From: a virus
Lineage: Duplodnaviria; Caudoviricetes
Direction: 5' to 3' (one strand)
Length of the DNA: 64,000 nucleotides
Virus record (IMG/VR): IMGVR_UViG_3300021400_001091
Location: 32,517 to 96,516 of that record
A model generated the notes under the pieces. It was not told the origin of the DNA. It made no database searches and saw nothing but the letters and a program-made list of their open reading frames with translations. The translations under genes were made by a program, and so were the position numbers. Each line of letters opens with the position of its first letter. The first letter of the stretch is position 1. Of this stretch, positions 29,074 through 39,939 are shown in pieces.

Positions 29074-30122
29074 TTAATTATAAAGAAATAATAGAACAAC
29101 TCGATACTCAAAAAGTTATTCAATTAATGGAAACCTTGGGAGTAGACGATTATATAGAAAAACCAGAATATGTAATCTTCCCAACCATCTGCCATAATGA
29201 AGACCCATCTGAAGCATCTATGAAATTATATTACTATGAAAATAGTCATATCTTTCAATGCTATACAGAGTGTGGATCAATGTCAATTTTTCAGTTCATG
29301 AAGAACTACTATGAAACAAGAGGAATTGACTATGACTGGTATCAAGATGTATATAAAGTAATTCTCGATTGTAGTAATTACAATGAAAATCTTAGCTTCG
29401 CGCCACCTAAGTACAAAAGTATACGTAGTTTGTATACGGCAGCCGTGCCAAAGAAACTCCCAACATACCCTAAAGGAATATTAAATTGCTTTACTCACTT
29501 CTATCCTCCAGAATGGTTAAGTGATGGGATTTCAAAAGCGGCGATGGATAAGTTCGACATACGCTATTCTGCACCGCTTAATAAAATAATAATCCCACAT
29601 TATAACCCCGATGGAGAGCTTATTGGAATAAGAGGAAGAGCGCTCAATGAATGGGAGATTAAAAATATAGGAAAATATATGCCAGTGCAGATTGAGGGTA
29701 AATGGTATAGTCACCCATTATCTCTTAACTTATACGGCTTAAATATAACAAAAGACAATATAAAAGAAAGCGGAGTATGCTATTTATTTGAGGCCGAAAA
29801 GGCAGTAATGCAGTTTGAAAGTTTTGATCGTCCGAATTGCGCGGCCGCCGTGTGCGGAAGTCAATTCAATAAGTTCGCTTTAAAACTTCTACTCAAAACT
29901 TGTCATCCAAATGAAATAATAATTTGCTTTGATAAAGAAGAACTGCCAGGTCAAGATATTTACTTCAATAAACTCAATTCAATGTGTAAGAAATATCAGA
30001 ATTATGCTGATTTCTCTTTTATATACGATAGAGATAACCTTTTGAACTTAAAAGATTCTCCAACAGATCATGGACAAGAGGTGTTTGAGCAACTACTAAA
30101 AAGGAGAGTTAAAGTTAGATGA
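29070..30122 (+). CDS. DNA primase (zinc finger + TOPRIM)
   Basis: TICHN...CYTEC; IIIPHY...GIRGR; FEAEK, CFD, KDSPTD. Confidence 0.85.
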   Translation: MINYKEIIEQLDTQKVIQLMETLGVDDYIEKPEYVIFPTICHNEDPSEASMKLYYYENSHIFQCYTECGSMSIFQFMKNYYETRGIDYDWYQDVYKVILDCSNYNENLSFAPPKYKSIRSLYTAAVPKKLPTYPKGILNCFTHFYPPEWLSDGISKAAMDKFDIRYSAPLNKIIIPHYNPDGELIGIRGRALNEWEIKNIGKYMPVQIEGKWYSHPLSLNLYGLNITKDNIKESGVCYLFEAEKAVMQFESFDRPNCAAAVCGSQFNKFALKLLLKTCHPNEIIICFDKEELPGQDIYFNKLNSMCKKYQNYADFSFIYDRDNLLNLKDSPTDHGQEVFEQLLKRRVKVR

Positions 30123-31867
30123 AAACAAAATTAGTAAACAAAATAATTAAAGATAACTACGTAATAGAATTACTAAAAGAAAGAGGATTGACCGATGATG
30201 ACGTAGAATATTTTTTAACTGTGCCCGATGATAGCGCACTACAAGCGCCCACCTTCCTCGATAATATGGCGGAGGCCGCAGATATGTTCACTCATATGGT
30301 TCACTTACCAGATGATAAGCGTATCGCTATTGTAGTCGACTCTGATGTAGATGGATTTACTTCTGCTGCGATCTTCTATCAATATGCGAAGAAAATCAAT
30401 CCAAATCTTCGTATCGACTACGTTCTCCATGAAGGAAAGGGTCATGGACTTGCAGATACAATCGACCGCATTATCAACGAAAACACAGAAGGCGACTTGG
30501 CTTTCGTAGTTCTTCCAGACTCCAGTTCTAACGATTATGAATACCACGAACGACTCGGCGCTGAAAACATAGAATGTTTGATTCTCGACCATCACATTGT
30601 CGAAGAAGATACAAAGTTTTCTGACTATGCAGTAATCGTCAACAATCAGCTTTCAGAAAACTATACCAATAAGGCACTCTGCGGCGCTGGAGTTACTTGG
30701 CAGTTCTGTAACTACTACGACTCCATCAATGGCACAAACTATGCTGACGAATACATTGACCTGGCTGCCCTTGGTATCGTATCTGATATGATGTCGATGC
30801 TATCTCTCGAAAATCGCTATATCGTTCATACCGGTTTCAGTCAAATCAAGAACTATTTCTTTCACTGTCTAATCGAGAAGCAATCCTTCTCAATGGGTGG
30901 TAAAGTAACGCCAATGACGGTTGCTTTCTATATCACTCCACTTATCAACGCTCTTATCCGTGTTGGTACAATGGAAGAGAAAGAGCGGTGTTTCCTGGCT
31001 TTCGTTGATGGACATGAACTAGTCGTCTCCCATAAGCGGGGAGCTAATGGTGCGCTGGAAGAGGTTGCGATTGAATCGGCAAGAGAATGTACCAATGCAA
31101 GAGCTAAGCAAAATCGTATCCTCGACAAAGCTGTAGAAGAGCTAGAGTATAAGATTTTCAAATATGACCTGCTGGAAAATAAAATCCTGTTTATAAGGCT
31201 AGATGAGGAAGACTTCCCATCTGAGCTGAATGGGCTTACGGCGATGAAATTAGCCGCTAAATACCAACGACCAACAATTGTGGCGCGGCTCAACGATCAA
31301 GGCTATGATAGAGGTTCTAGCCGCGGATTGAATGAGTCAGAACTTAAGTCTTTCAAGCAATTCATGAACGATAGTGGTTTCTTTGAGTACACCGCCGGCC
31401 ACGATAACGCCTGTGGTATTTCAATTCTTGATAAGAATCTTGATGATTTTCACAAATACGCTAACGAAGCGCTTGCTGATGTAGACTTCGGAGAAAACTG
31501 GTATGAAGTTAATTTCGAACGCATCGCAGCAGACCAAGACATTGAAGATTTAATTCTCGACATCGCCAAGCACGAAGATATATTCGGTCAGGGAAATCCT
31601 GAACCACTTATCCATATCAAAGATATCAACTTAACTAAAAATGATATCCAAATAATTGGAAAAAATGCAGACACAGTAAAAATTGAAAAGTTTGGAATTA
31701 CCTATATGAAATTTAGAGCAAAGGATATGATTGAAGAACTCAAGAACTATAACGAACTCAAATTAGAAGTTGTCGGTAAAGCAAACCTTAATGAGTATTA
31801 TGGACGTTTTACTCCTCAAATCTTTATCAATAGCTATCAAATCAGCGATAATAGTCTCGGTTTCTAA
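30119..31867 (+). CDS. recJ: RecJ-like DHH ssDNA exonuclease
   Basis: DSDVDG, LDHH, LCGAGV, LGIVSDM, AGHDNACG, FGQGNPEP. Confidence 0.88.
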   Translation: MKTKLVNKIIKDNYVIELLKERGLTDDDVEYFLTVPDDSALQAPTFLDNMAEAADMFTHMVHLPDDKRIAIVVDSDVDGFTSAAIFYQYAKKINPNLRIDYVLHEGKGHGLADTIDRIINENTEGDLAFVVLPDSSSNDYEYHERLGAENIECLILDHHIVEEDTKFSDYAVIVNNQLSENYTNKALCGAGVTWQFCNYYDSINGTNYADEYIDLAALGIVSDMMSMLSLENRYIVHTGFSQIKNYFFHCLIEKQSFSMGGKVTPMTVAFYITPLINALIRVGTMEEKERCFLAFVDGHELVVSHKRGANGALEEVAIESARECTNARAKQNRILDKAVEELEYKIFKYDLLENKILFIRLDEEDFPSELNGLTAMKLAAKYQRPTIVARLNDQGYDRGSSRGLNESELKSFKQFMNDSGFFEYTAGHDNACGISILDKNLDDFHKYANEALADVDFGENWYEVNFERIAADQDIEDLILDIAKHEDIFGQGNPEPLIHIKDINLTKNDIQIIGKNADTVKIEKFGITYMKFRAKDMIEELKNYNELKLEVVGKANLNEYYGRFTPQIFINSYQISDNSLGF

Positions 31868-31868
31868 T

Positions 31869-31897
31869 TTGACAAATTCCAAAAATTATGATATAAT
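31869..31897 (+). promoter_or_regulatory. sigmaA consensus promoter
   Basis: TTGACA-17-TATAAT with TG. Confidence 0.9.
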
Positions 31898-31931
31898 ATA
31901 ATTAGAATGGAATAAAAGGGAGGTAACGTGA

Positions 31932-34900
31932 ATGAGTGAATTCAAGTATCCAGGTTCAATTCATAATCATACCGATTTCTCAAACTTCAGATTGCGCGAC
32001 GCCATCAACACAGTCGAGGGATTGATCGATTATGCATTAGAACTTGGTCATGAAGTAGTAGCGATTACTGAACACGACACGATAGCAAGTTCAATTAGAG
32101 CAGAAAAGTATTATAACAAAATTAAAGAAAAGAATCCAGACTTTAAACTACTATTAGGAAATGAAATCTATCTTGTTCGTAATGGCTTAAATGGACAAAA
32201 CTATAATAAAGAAGTAGACAGATATTTCCACTTTATACTTCTCGCGAAGGATGCTGAGGGACATCGGCAAATTCGAGAGATTTCTTCGCGTGCATGGAAT
32301 AGAAGTTACATCGCACGGCGCATGAGAAGAGTTCCAACTTATTATCAAGACTTAATTGATATAATTGGGAAAAATCCAGGTCATGTAATTGGTTGTACGG
32401 CGTGTCTTGGTGGTTGTTTACCGGTTCAACTATTAAGGAATCGTGATAATGGCGCGCCGTCAATGGATTTAATTAAAAGATGGATAGGGCAAATGCAAGG
32501 AATCTTCGGTAAGGAAGACTTCTATTTTGAGATGCAGCCATCGTTTAATAAAGACCAGATTTATGTAAACCACAAGTTAGTCGAACTTAGTAAAGAACTC
32601 GGAATTAAATATGTAATAACTAACGACGCACATTATTTAAAGAAAAGCGATCGTCCAGTTCATAAGGCATTTCTGAACTCGCAGCAAGGTGATAGAGAGG
32701 TTGACGATTTCTATGCGACAACTTATCTTATGAGTTCAGAAGAAATTGAAGAATATATGCTTGATGAAATGGGAGAAGAAGTTCTGCAAAAAGCATATGA
32801 GACAATTCTTGAAATAAAAAATAAATGTGAAGATTTCTCTTTGGCGAAACCATTGAAAATTCCTCGTTTGAATTGGAAGGAGTACAATATAACCGATGCA
32901 GAGAAAGAGTACTGGAAAGAGCGTATTCCGTATCTTGATAGATTCTTATCTTCTGATTATTCGGAAGACCGTCACTTGGTATATGCGATAATTGATAGAA
33001 TAAGAAACGATGAAACTCTCCAGGATGAGGCAACTTTAAAAGAAATTGGAGCGTGTTTAGAGGATACATGGATATCTTCTGAAGTAAATGGAAGTAGATG
33101 GAGCGCATACTTTCTCAATCTTCAAAACATTATTGACGCGTGTTGGGATGCGGGAACTTTAGTTGGCGCAGGTCGAGGATCGGGCGTTGGTTTTATCTTG
33201 TTATACATTTTGGGTATAACTCAAATCAATCCATTAAGAGAAAAGAGCCAGACCAAGCGTTGGAGATTCCTTAATCCAGAGCGTGTATCTGTTCTGGACG
33301 TAGATATCGACATAGAAGGCGGCCGGCGAGCAGATGTATTGAAAAGATTTAGAGAAATTTATGGTGAGGATAGAGTAGCGAACGTATTAACATTAAAAAC
33401 TGAAAAGTCAAAGTCAGCAATTTTGACGGCGGCCAGAGGTTTGGGTATTGATGTCGACACGGCGCAGTATCTTTCATCGTTTATTGAAGCAGATAGAGGA
33501 CAACTTAGAACTCTCCATCAAACTTTCTATGGCGATCCAGATAATGGAATTAGTGCAAGTAAACAGTTCCGTTATGAAATGGAAGAAAACTATCCTGAAT
33601 TGTGGGCAGTAGCACAAGGAATTGAGGGGTTAATAAATGGATGTGGTATTCATGCTGGTGGTGTCATATTTGTTGATGAACCATTTACCGAGACCACGGC
33701 ATTAATGAGAGCGCCGAACAATGAGATTATGACTCAGTTTGACCTCCACGACGCCGAGGACACGGGACTTATTAAGTATGACATTCTGTCAATTGAAGCA
33801 TTAGATAAGATTCATAACTGTATTGATTTAATCTGTGAATATGGATATGAAGAAAAAGAAGCTACGTTAAGAGAAACATACGAAAAAATTGTGGGTATCT
33901 ACAATTTAGAGCGTGATAATCTTGAAATGTGGAAGATGTGTTGGAACCACGAAGTAATGAGCTTGTTCCAGATGGAAAAGCAAAGTGGTATCCAAGGTAT
34001 CGCAGTTATGAAGCCGACGTCTGTAGATGACCTGGCAATTTTAAATTCAGCAATTAGATTAATGGCAACTGAAAAGGGCGGCGAAATGCCAGTAAATAAG
34101 CTGGCAAGGTTTAAAGCGCACCCGACAGATTGGGATTATGAGCTGAGCAAATATGGATTAGGAGATAAAGAAAAAGAAATATTAGAGCCGGTTTTAGGCG
34201 TATCTTATGGATTATGTATTGCACAAGAGCAGTTTATGCAGTTGGTTCAACTTCCAGAGTTAGGTGGTTTTAATCTGACTTGGGCAGATAAGTTAAGAAA
34301 GTCAATTGCGAAAAAGAATCCGGCGGAATATGAGAAGTTAACGGAAGATTATTTTAAGACAATCAAAGAAAAAGGTTGTGATGAGAAGTTCTGTGAATAT
34401 GTATGGAATGTATTAATTGCTATGAGTAAAGGTTATGGATTTAACTTGTCTCATACGCTCGCATATTCATTGATTGGACTTCAAGAACTCAACCTCGCAT
34501 ATCATTATCCAATTATACTTTGGGATTGTGCTTGTTTAATAACGGATAGCGGTGGCGCTGAAAGAGTAGAAGAAGATGACGTTGAAGATGACCAAGTCAT
34601 TATGGAAGAAACTTATGACTCGTCGATCGGAGTATTTGACGAATCGGAAGAGGATGAAGAAGACGAAGAGGATGAGGAAGAGAAGGTAGTTAAAAAGAAA
34701 GTTAATAAGACGGTTAACTATGGTAAGATTTCTACAGCGATTGGTAAGATGAAGAGTAGTGGAATTAATATTGTTGCAACAGATATTAATAAGTCACGTT
34801 ATACTTTCTCGCCAGATATTGACAATGAGAGAATTATCTATGGACTCAGCGGCATTACCAGAGTTGGTGATGATATTGTAAAGCAAATTATCGAAAATCG

Positions 34901-35924
34901 TCCGTATGAAGATATTGAAGACTTTTTAAATAAGGTTAAGATTAATAAGCCGCAGATGGTGAATTTGATTAAGTCGGGCGCATTTGATAGTTTGTATAAA
35001 GGTGATCGGAATGAGGCGATGAATCACTATATTGATTTGATTAGTGATAAGAAGAAGAGAATGACGCTTCAGAATATGAAGATGTTGATTGACTTTGGAC
35101 TGATTCCGAAGGAGTATGAATTTCAATGTAAAGTTTATAACTTCAATAAATATTTGAAGAAATTCAAAGAAGAAGATTATTATAATATGGATAATAATGC
35201 TTTTAGATTTTATGAAAATAATTTCGATTTAGATTTGTTAATTTTAGATGATTTAACAGAAAGTGGTTTTAAAATTAAACAAACTGATTGGGATAAGATT
35301 TATAAGAAACAAATGGATATTATTAGACCGTTTATTAAAGATAACAATGAAGAATTGTTAGAAGCGGTTAATAATAGATTAAGACAAGATTTGTGGGATA
35401 AATATTGTATAGGCAGCATTAGTAAATGGGAAATGGACTCTATATCTTGTTATATTCATGACCATGAGTTGAAAAATCTCAAAAATAGTTTGTACGGGTT
35501 GACCGAATACAGCGCGCTGCCGAAAAATCCTGAAGTAAATTATGAGTTTACTTCAAAGCAAACGGGTCAAAAGATTCCGTTGTATAAAATAGTCCGTATA
35601 GCAGGAACAGTTTTAGATAAGGATAAGGCGAAAAAAACTGTGACGTTGTTGACGAAAGATAGCGTGGTTTCTGTAAAAATTTTTGGTGACGCTTTTACAC
35701 ATTATGATAGACAGATTTCTGAAAAAGGTGCGGATGGAAAGAAGCATGTTGTGGAAAAAGGTTGGTTCACAAGAGGGAATAAGATAATTGTAACGGGTAT
35801 CAAAAGGGAAGATAACTTTATAGCGAAAAAGTATAAGAACACGCCACATCATTTAGTAGAATTGATAACTTCTATTGATGATAATGGGTTTATAGAAACA
35901 AAACTTGAGAGAACTGAAGTATGA
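31932..35924 (+). CDS. dnaE: DNA polymerase III alpha subunit (family C)
   Basis: PHP domain HNHT, AITEH, TNDAHY; GRGSG; LDVDID; HAGG; KYDIL; YGFNLSH; C-terminal OB fold. Confidence 0.93.
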   Translation: MSEFKYPGSIHNHTDFSNFRLRDAINTVEGLIDYALELGHEVVAITEHDTIASSIRAEKYYNKIKEKNPDFKLLLGNEIYLVRNGLNGQNYNKEVDRYFHFILLAKDAEGHRQIREISSRAWNRSYIARRMRRVPTYYQDLIDIIGKNPGHVIGCTACLGGCLPVQLLRNRDNGAPSMDLIKRWIGQMQGIFGKEDFYFEMQPSFNKDQIYVNHKLVELSKELGIKYVITNDAHYLKKSDRPVHKAFLNSQQGDREVDDFYATTYLMSSEEIEEYMLDEMGEEVLQKAYETILEIKNKCEDFSLAKPLKIPRLNWKEYNITDAEKEYWKERIPYLDRFLSSDYSEDRHLVYAIIDRIRNDETLQDEATLKEIGACLEDTWISSEVNGSRWSAYFLNLQNIIDACWDAGTLVGAGRGSGVGFILLYILGITQINPLREKSQTKRWRFLNPERVSVLDVDIDIEGGRRADVLKRFREIYGEDRVANVLTLKTEKSKSAILTAARGLGIDVDTAQYLSSFIEADRGQLRTLHQTFYGDPDNGISASKQFRYEMEENYPELWAVAQGIEGLINGCGIHAGGVIFVDEPFTETTALMRAPNNEIMTQFDLHDAEDTGLIKYDILSIEALDKIHNCIDLICEYGYEEKEATLRETYEKIVGIYNLERDNLEMWKMCWNHEVMSLFQMEKQSGIQGIAVMKPTSVDDLAILNSAIRLMATEKGGEMPVNKLARFKAHPTDWDYELSKYGLGDKEKEILEPVLGVSYGLCIAQEQFMQLVQLPELGGFNLTWADKLRKSIAKKNPAEYEKLTEDYFKTIKEKGCDEKFCEYVWNVLIAMSKGYGFNLSHTLAYSLIGLQELNLAYHYPIILWDCACLITDSGGAERVEEDDVEDDQVIMEETYDSSIGVFDESEEDEEDEEDEEEKVVKKKVNKTVNYGKISTAIGKMKSSGINIVATDINKSRYTFSPDIDNERIIYGLSGITRVGDDIVKQIIENRPYEDIEDFLNKVKINKPQMVNLIKSGAFDSLYKGDRNEAMNHYIDLISDKKKRMTLQNMKMLIDFGLIPKEYEFQCKVYNFNKYLKKFKEEDYYNMDNNAFRFYENNFDLDLLILDDLTESGFKIKQTDWDKIYKKQMDIIRPFIKDNNEELLEAVNNRLRQDLWDKYCIGSISKWEMDSISCYIHDHELKNLKNSLYGLTEYSALPKNPEVNYEFTSKQTGQKIPLYKIVRIAGTVLDKDKAKKTVTLLTKDSVVSVKIFGDAFTHYDRQISEKGADGKKHVVEKGWFTRGNKIIVTGIKREDNFIAKKYKNTPHHLVELITSIDDNGFIETKLERTEV

Positions 35925-37030
35925 GTTATGGATTGTATGATGGAGATATGAGATTTTATGGTGAAATCCCATTCTTCAATCTAGAGCTAATGAAGTTATC
36001 ATCTTATTATAAGAGAAGAAGGGAGATGGTTAGCCTTTCTCCCTCCTTCAACCCTAACTTATATACCCACTTTATTGTGCGCCAGGACTCACTTTTCCCA
36101 AACTCAGATATTAAAAGCGTTAGCAATGTTTCCTATGGCGGTCGCGCCTTCGACGGAGAAAAGTATAAGCCATTATCACTCGAAATAGAGGTAATGCGGC
36201 CAGATATAGAACTTTATAATAGAATTGAAGCCAGCCATACAGCACTAAAGAAAAGTTCCTTAAGTACAATGCGGCGGGCCGAACATTTGCGTCTTTCTCT
36301 CGATGGAAAGACAATTTGGAATGACTTTGAAAAGCAATTACGCTATGAGAGCCGAAGATATGGAATAATTTTTCACGACTACAATTTAAATGAATTAGAT
36401 GATGCATTAAACATCGTTAAAGATTTGTTATTGGAAGTCTTTCCGACTCCATCACCCCGCAGAGTTGGAATGAAGTATCCAGTACAACTCAATTCAGAAG
36501 AAGAACTCGTGGAATGGGCATCTTTGCCTCCAATGGGCAGTTATTTCTATCTTCAACTCAATGGTATTCCGACTTTAAAAAACATTGAAAGATTAAGAGA
36601 GCTTAGTCGAGGAACGAGCGCGCTTAAACAAACTACAATAAATGCAACTGGAAACCAAACTTATGAAACCTTTATAAAAACTGGAATAGTCGAGCTTTTT
36701 GAACATATTTTAGATTTGCGGAGAGATCGCATTAATTTTCCACTTATATTTGATAAGGCTTTTTTCGTAGATAGCCGATGGGCAGAAGTATTACAACTGA
36801 TAAAGCTTTTTAATAATTATATAGGAAATAGTATCCTATATAACGACTATTACAAAAGGGTCGCGCCGTATGAGTCATTCTATGACTTTATGAAAGGGCG
36901 CACGAAAGAGCATATCTTATTTGGATCAGCGCTTTCTAAAACAAAAGTTCAAGAGTTATTTCAGTTTGTCAGAGAAAACAACTACGACCTATTCGTAGAT
37001 TTCTATGAGTATTATGGAGAGAAACGATGA
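35921..37030 (+). CDS. Hypothetical protein resembling phage radical-SAM proteins but lacking cysteines
   Basis: GLYDGD...FNLELMKLSSYYK...GG.AFD...LSLEIEVMRPDIELY; no Cys in 369 aa; ATGA overlap with dnaE. Confidence 0.55.
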   Translation: MSYGLYDGDMRFYGEIPFFNLELMKLSSYYKRRREMVSLSPSFNPNLYTHFIVRQDSLFPNSDIKSVSNVSYGGRAFDGEKYKPLSLEIEVMRPDIELYNRIEASHTALKKSSLSTMRRAEHLRLSLDGKTIWNDFEKQLRYESRRYGIIFHDYNLNELDDALNIVKDLLLEVFPTPSPRRVGMKYPVQLNSEEELVEWASLPPMGSYFYLQLNGIPTLKNIERLRELSRGTSALKQTTINATGNQTYETFIKTGIVELFEHILDLRRDRINFPLIFDKAFFVDSRWAEVLQLIKLFNNYIGNSILYNDYYKRVAPYESFYDFMKGRTKEHILFGSALSKTKVQELFQFVRENNYDLFVDFYEYYGEKR

Positions 37031-37215
37031 CTAAAGAACAAATCAGAGAGAAGATTTTATATAACAATAATAAAATCGCAGAATTGCTTGATCCATCAGT
37101 GTTTATCTTACAGCCTGAGGTCCAGCAATTGATGGAAGACAACGAGTATCTTAAAACAATTTGTCCACATGAATTTGTAAATGGAGTATGTACTATTTGC
37201 GGAAAGACCGAATAA
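37027..37215 (+). CDS. Small zinc-binding protein
   Basis: CPHEFVNGVCTICG; ATGA overlap. Confidence 0.7.
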   Translation: MTKEQIREKILYNNNKIAELLDPSVFILQPEVQQLMEDNEYLKTICPHEFVNGVCTICGKTE

Positions 37216-37249
37216 TCCTTAATATAATTAACTACTTAGGAGGAAGGGT

Positions 37250-39436
37250 ATGCAGTATATTAAAAAGAGAGATGGCCGTCTTGTAGAATTCAACTCAAAA
37301 AAAATTGTTAATGCCATTTTAAAAGCCTTTCAACAGATCGATGGTGAGGTTACTCCCTATGCGCTTGAAAAGGCTAATAAAATCGCAAAATATGTTGAGG
37401 AGCAAGACAAATCTAAAATCTTAACTGTAGAAGAAGTACAAGACATGGTAGAACGTGGACTCATGTCTACCAAAAGAAAAGATGTGGCACGAGCCTACAT
37501 CACTTATCGTGAAGAGAGAGCAAGAATTAGAAACTGGAACTCACAGATGATGGATAAGGTTTCTATTAAACTTGCGGCCTCTGACGTTCAAAATCAAAAC
37601 GCCAATATCGACGAGTACTCATTTGGCGGCCGCATGGGCGAAGCAGATGGAGTTATCTTAAAGCAGTATGCATTAGATAATATAATCTCTGAAATGGCCC
37701 GCAACAATCATTTAAACAATGAAATCTATATTCATGACTTAGACAGATATACCTTAGGTATGCATAACTGTTTAACTATTCCGTTTGATGATTTGCTTGC
37801 AAAAGGCTTTAACACTCGTCAAACCGATGTACGTCCAGCTAACTCAATTAATACGGCTTTTCAGTTGGTAGCCGTTCTGTTTCAACTCCAATCTCTTCAG
37901 CAGTTTGGAGGGGTTAGCGCATCACACCTTGATTGGACAATGGTTCCTTATGTTAGAAAAAGTTTTCGTAAGCACTACAGAGATGGATTGATGTACGTTG
38001 CTAACCGGGGAGACTACGATGCAATTCTCGAGTCCATCCCAGAAGACACATTAATTAACGATCTCGCATATCAAAGATATGAAAGAGCTTACAATTATGC
38101 TGTGGACATGACCCTGCGCGAACTCAATCAAGCCGTGGAGGGCATGTACCACAACTTAAATACACTTCAATCAAGAAGTGGAAATCAACTTCCTTTCACA
38201 TCCATTAACTATGGTACCTGCACTCTTCCAGAGGGGCGCATGGTTATTAAAGCCTTACTTGATGGATCAATTAAGGGTGTCGGCAAACTTCATAAAACTC
38301 CAATTTTTCCTTGCGGAATTTTCCAGTATATGAAAGGAGTCAATGATAAGCCAGGCACACCAAACTACGACCTATTCCAACGAGCATTAGAGTCGACCGC
38401 GCGCCGTCTATATCCAAACTATGCGAACGTAGATTGGTCAGGTAATGCTGGCTACGACCGTGACGATCCTCGTACCTACTTCTCAACAATGGGTTGCCGC
38501 ACAGCCAATGGTTATGATATCAATGGCTTAGGCCAACTTAAGGATGGACGTGGCAACATCTGTCCCGTCACTATAATCCTTCCAACTTTAGCGATGGAGG
38601 CTGGTAATGTCGAAGATTTCATGGAATTACTCGACGAGAAAATCCACGAAGCAAAAGATATGTTAATTGAACGTTTCAATTATATCTGCTCCCAGGATGC
38701 CGCATCAGCTAAGTTCATGTATGAGAATGGTACAATGGCCGGCTATGTTCCAGAGGAAGGAATTCGTTCTGCCCTCAAACATGGAACGATCGTTATTGGC
38801 CAGTTAGGTCTCGCGGAGGCTCTGCAAATTCTTATCGGTTGCGACCATACCGATCCAGAGGGAATGGAATTAGCAAAGCGCATTGAACAGCTCTTCAAAG
38901 ACCGCTGCGCAGAGTTCAAAAACGAGTATAAGCTTAACTTCGGTGTATATTATACTCCAGCTGAAAACCTCTGTTATACAGCTATGAAGAAGTTCAAAGA
39001 AGACTACGGAGAAATTCCCAACATCAGTGATAGAGATTACTTTACAAACTCAATGCACGTTCCAGTTTGGAAAGAAATTTCTCCCTTTGATAAAATCGAT
39101 ATCGAATCACAACTCACTGGATATTCCAGCGCTGGCTGCATTACTTACGTTGAACTTGAAGGTGCGGTTCTTAAAAACCTTAAAGCTCTTGAACAAATCG
39201 TAAGCTATGCGATGGACAAAGATATTCCATACTTCGCAATTAACGTGCCAAATGATACTTGTAACGATTGCGGTTGGACAGGAGAAATTCAGAACGAGTG
39301 CCCAGAGTGTGGGTCAACAAACATCCAGCGCTTGCGCCGTGTAACTGGTTATCTGACTGGTGATTATAAAACCGCTTTCAATTATGGAAAGCAAAAGGAA
39401 GTTGAAGATAGATATAAGCATAGTAGGAAACTGTAA
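37250..39436 (+). CDS. nrdD: Anaerobic (class III) ribonucleotide reductase with ATP cone
   Basis: IKKRDGR ATP cone; IYIHDL, HNC, MGCRT, TPAENL, CNDC..CPEC, RVTGYL glycyl-radical motif. Confidence 0.95.
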   Translation: MQYIKKRDGRLVEFNSKKIVNAILKAFQQIDGEVTPYALEKANKIAKYVEEQDKSKILTVEEVQDMVERGLMSTKRKDVARAYITYREERARIRNWNSQMMDKVSIKLAASDVQNQNANIDEYSFGGRMGEADGVILKQYALDNIISEMARNNHLNNEIYIHDLDRYTLGMHNCLTIPFDDLLAKGFNTRQTDVRPANSINTAFQLVAVLFQLQSLQQFGGVSASHLDWTMVPYVRKSFRKHYRDGLMYVANRGDYDAILESIPEDTLINDLAYQRYERAYNYAVDMTLRELNQAVEGMYHNLNTLQSRSGNQLPFTSINYGTCTLPEGRMVIKALLDGSIKGVGKLHKTPIFPCGIFQYMKGVNDKPGTPNYDLFQRALESTARRLYPNYANVDWSGNAGYDRDDPRTYFSTMGCRTANGYDINGLGQLKDGRGNICPVTIILPTLAMEAGNVEDFMELLDEKIHEAKDMLIERFNYICSQDAASAKFMYENGTMAGYVPEEGIRSALKHGTIVIGQLGLAEALQILIGCDHTDPEGMELAKRIEQLFKDRCAEFKNEYKLNFGVYYTPAENLCYTAMKKFKEDYGEIPNISDRDYFTNSMHVPVWKEISPFDKIDIESQLTGYSSAGCITYVELEGAVLKNLKALEQIVSYAMDKDIPYFAINVPNDTCNDCGWTGEIQNECPECGSTNIQRLRRVTGYLTGDYKTAFNYGKQKEVEDRYKHSRKL

Positions 39437-39939
39437 TGAGTAGATATAATGCAATTTTAAAAAATGATGTGGTGAACAGCGAGAGCGGAGTTTGCGTAAG
39501 CTTCTTCGTTCAAGGCTGTCCTCACAGATGCCCGGGGTGTTTTAATGAAGAAACTTGGGATTTCAATTCTGGTATTGAGTATACTTCTGACGTGGGAGAT
39601 TCAATCGTTGAAGCAATTGGAGCTAATGGAATCGTTCGAGATTTCGCCATTTTAGGTGGTGAACCACTTGCTCCACAGAATCTTCAAATGGTTTCAGAAG
39701 TTGTAGATAAAGTGTGCGAAGTCTATCCAGATGTTACAATCTATCTTTGGACCGGATATACTTACGAAGAATTATTAGGATGGGACGACCCTTACTTCAC
39801 TAATATTATGAGTAAGATTGATATACTGATTGATGGTCCGTTCATAGAAGCCGAGAAAGACTTAAGTTTAAGACTGCGCGGCAGTAAAAACCAACATATA
39901 AGAATTAACTATGACGGATTATGGAAGATGGTGGAATAA
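39436..39939 (+). CDS. nrdG: NrdD activating radical-SAM protein
   Basis: GCPHRCPGCFN; LGGEPL; WTGY; DGPF; LRGSKNQ. Confidence 0.95.
   Translation: MSRYNAILKNDVVNSESGVCVSFFVQGCPHRCPGCFNEETWDFNSGIEYTSDVGDSIVEAIGANGIVRDFAILGGEPLAPQNLQMVSEVVDKVCEVYPDVTIYLWTGYTYEELLGWDDPYFTNIMSKIDILIDGPFIEAEKDLSLRLRGSKNQHIRINYDGLWKMVE

Noticed and set aside
31932-39436. Inteins or introns in dnaE and nrdD
   Set aside because: ORFs are continuous and of normal length, with no C...HN splice motifs or LAGLIDADG blocks
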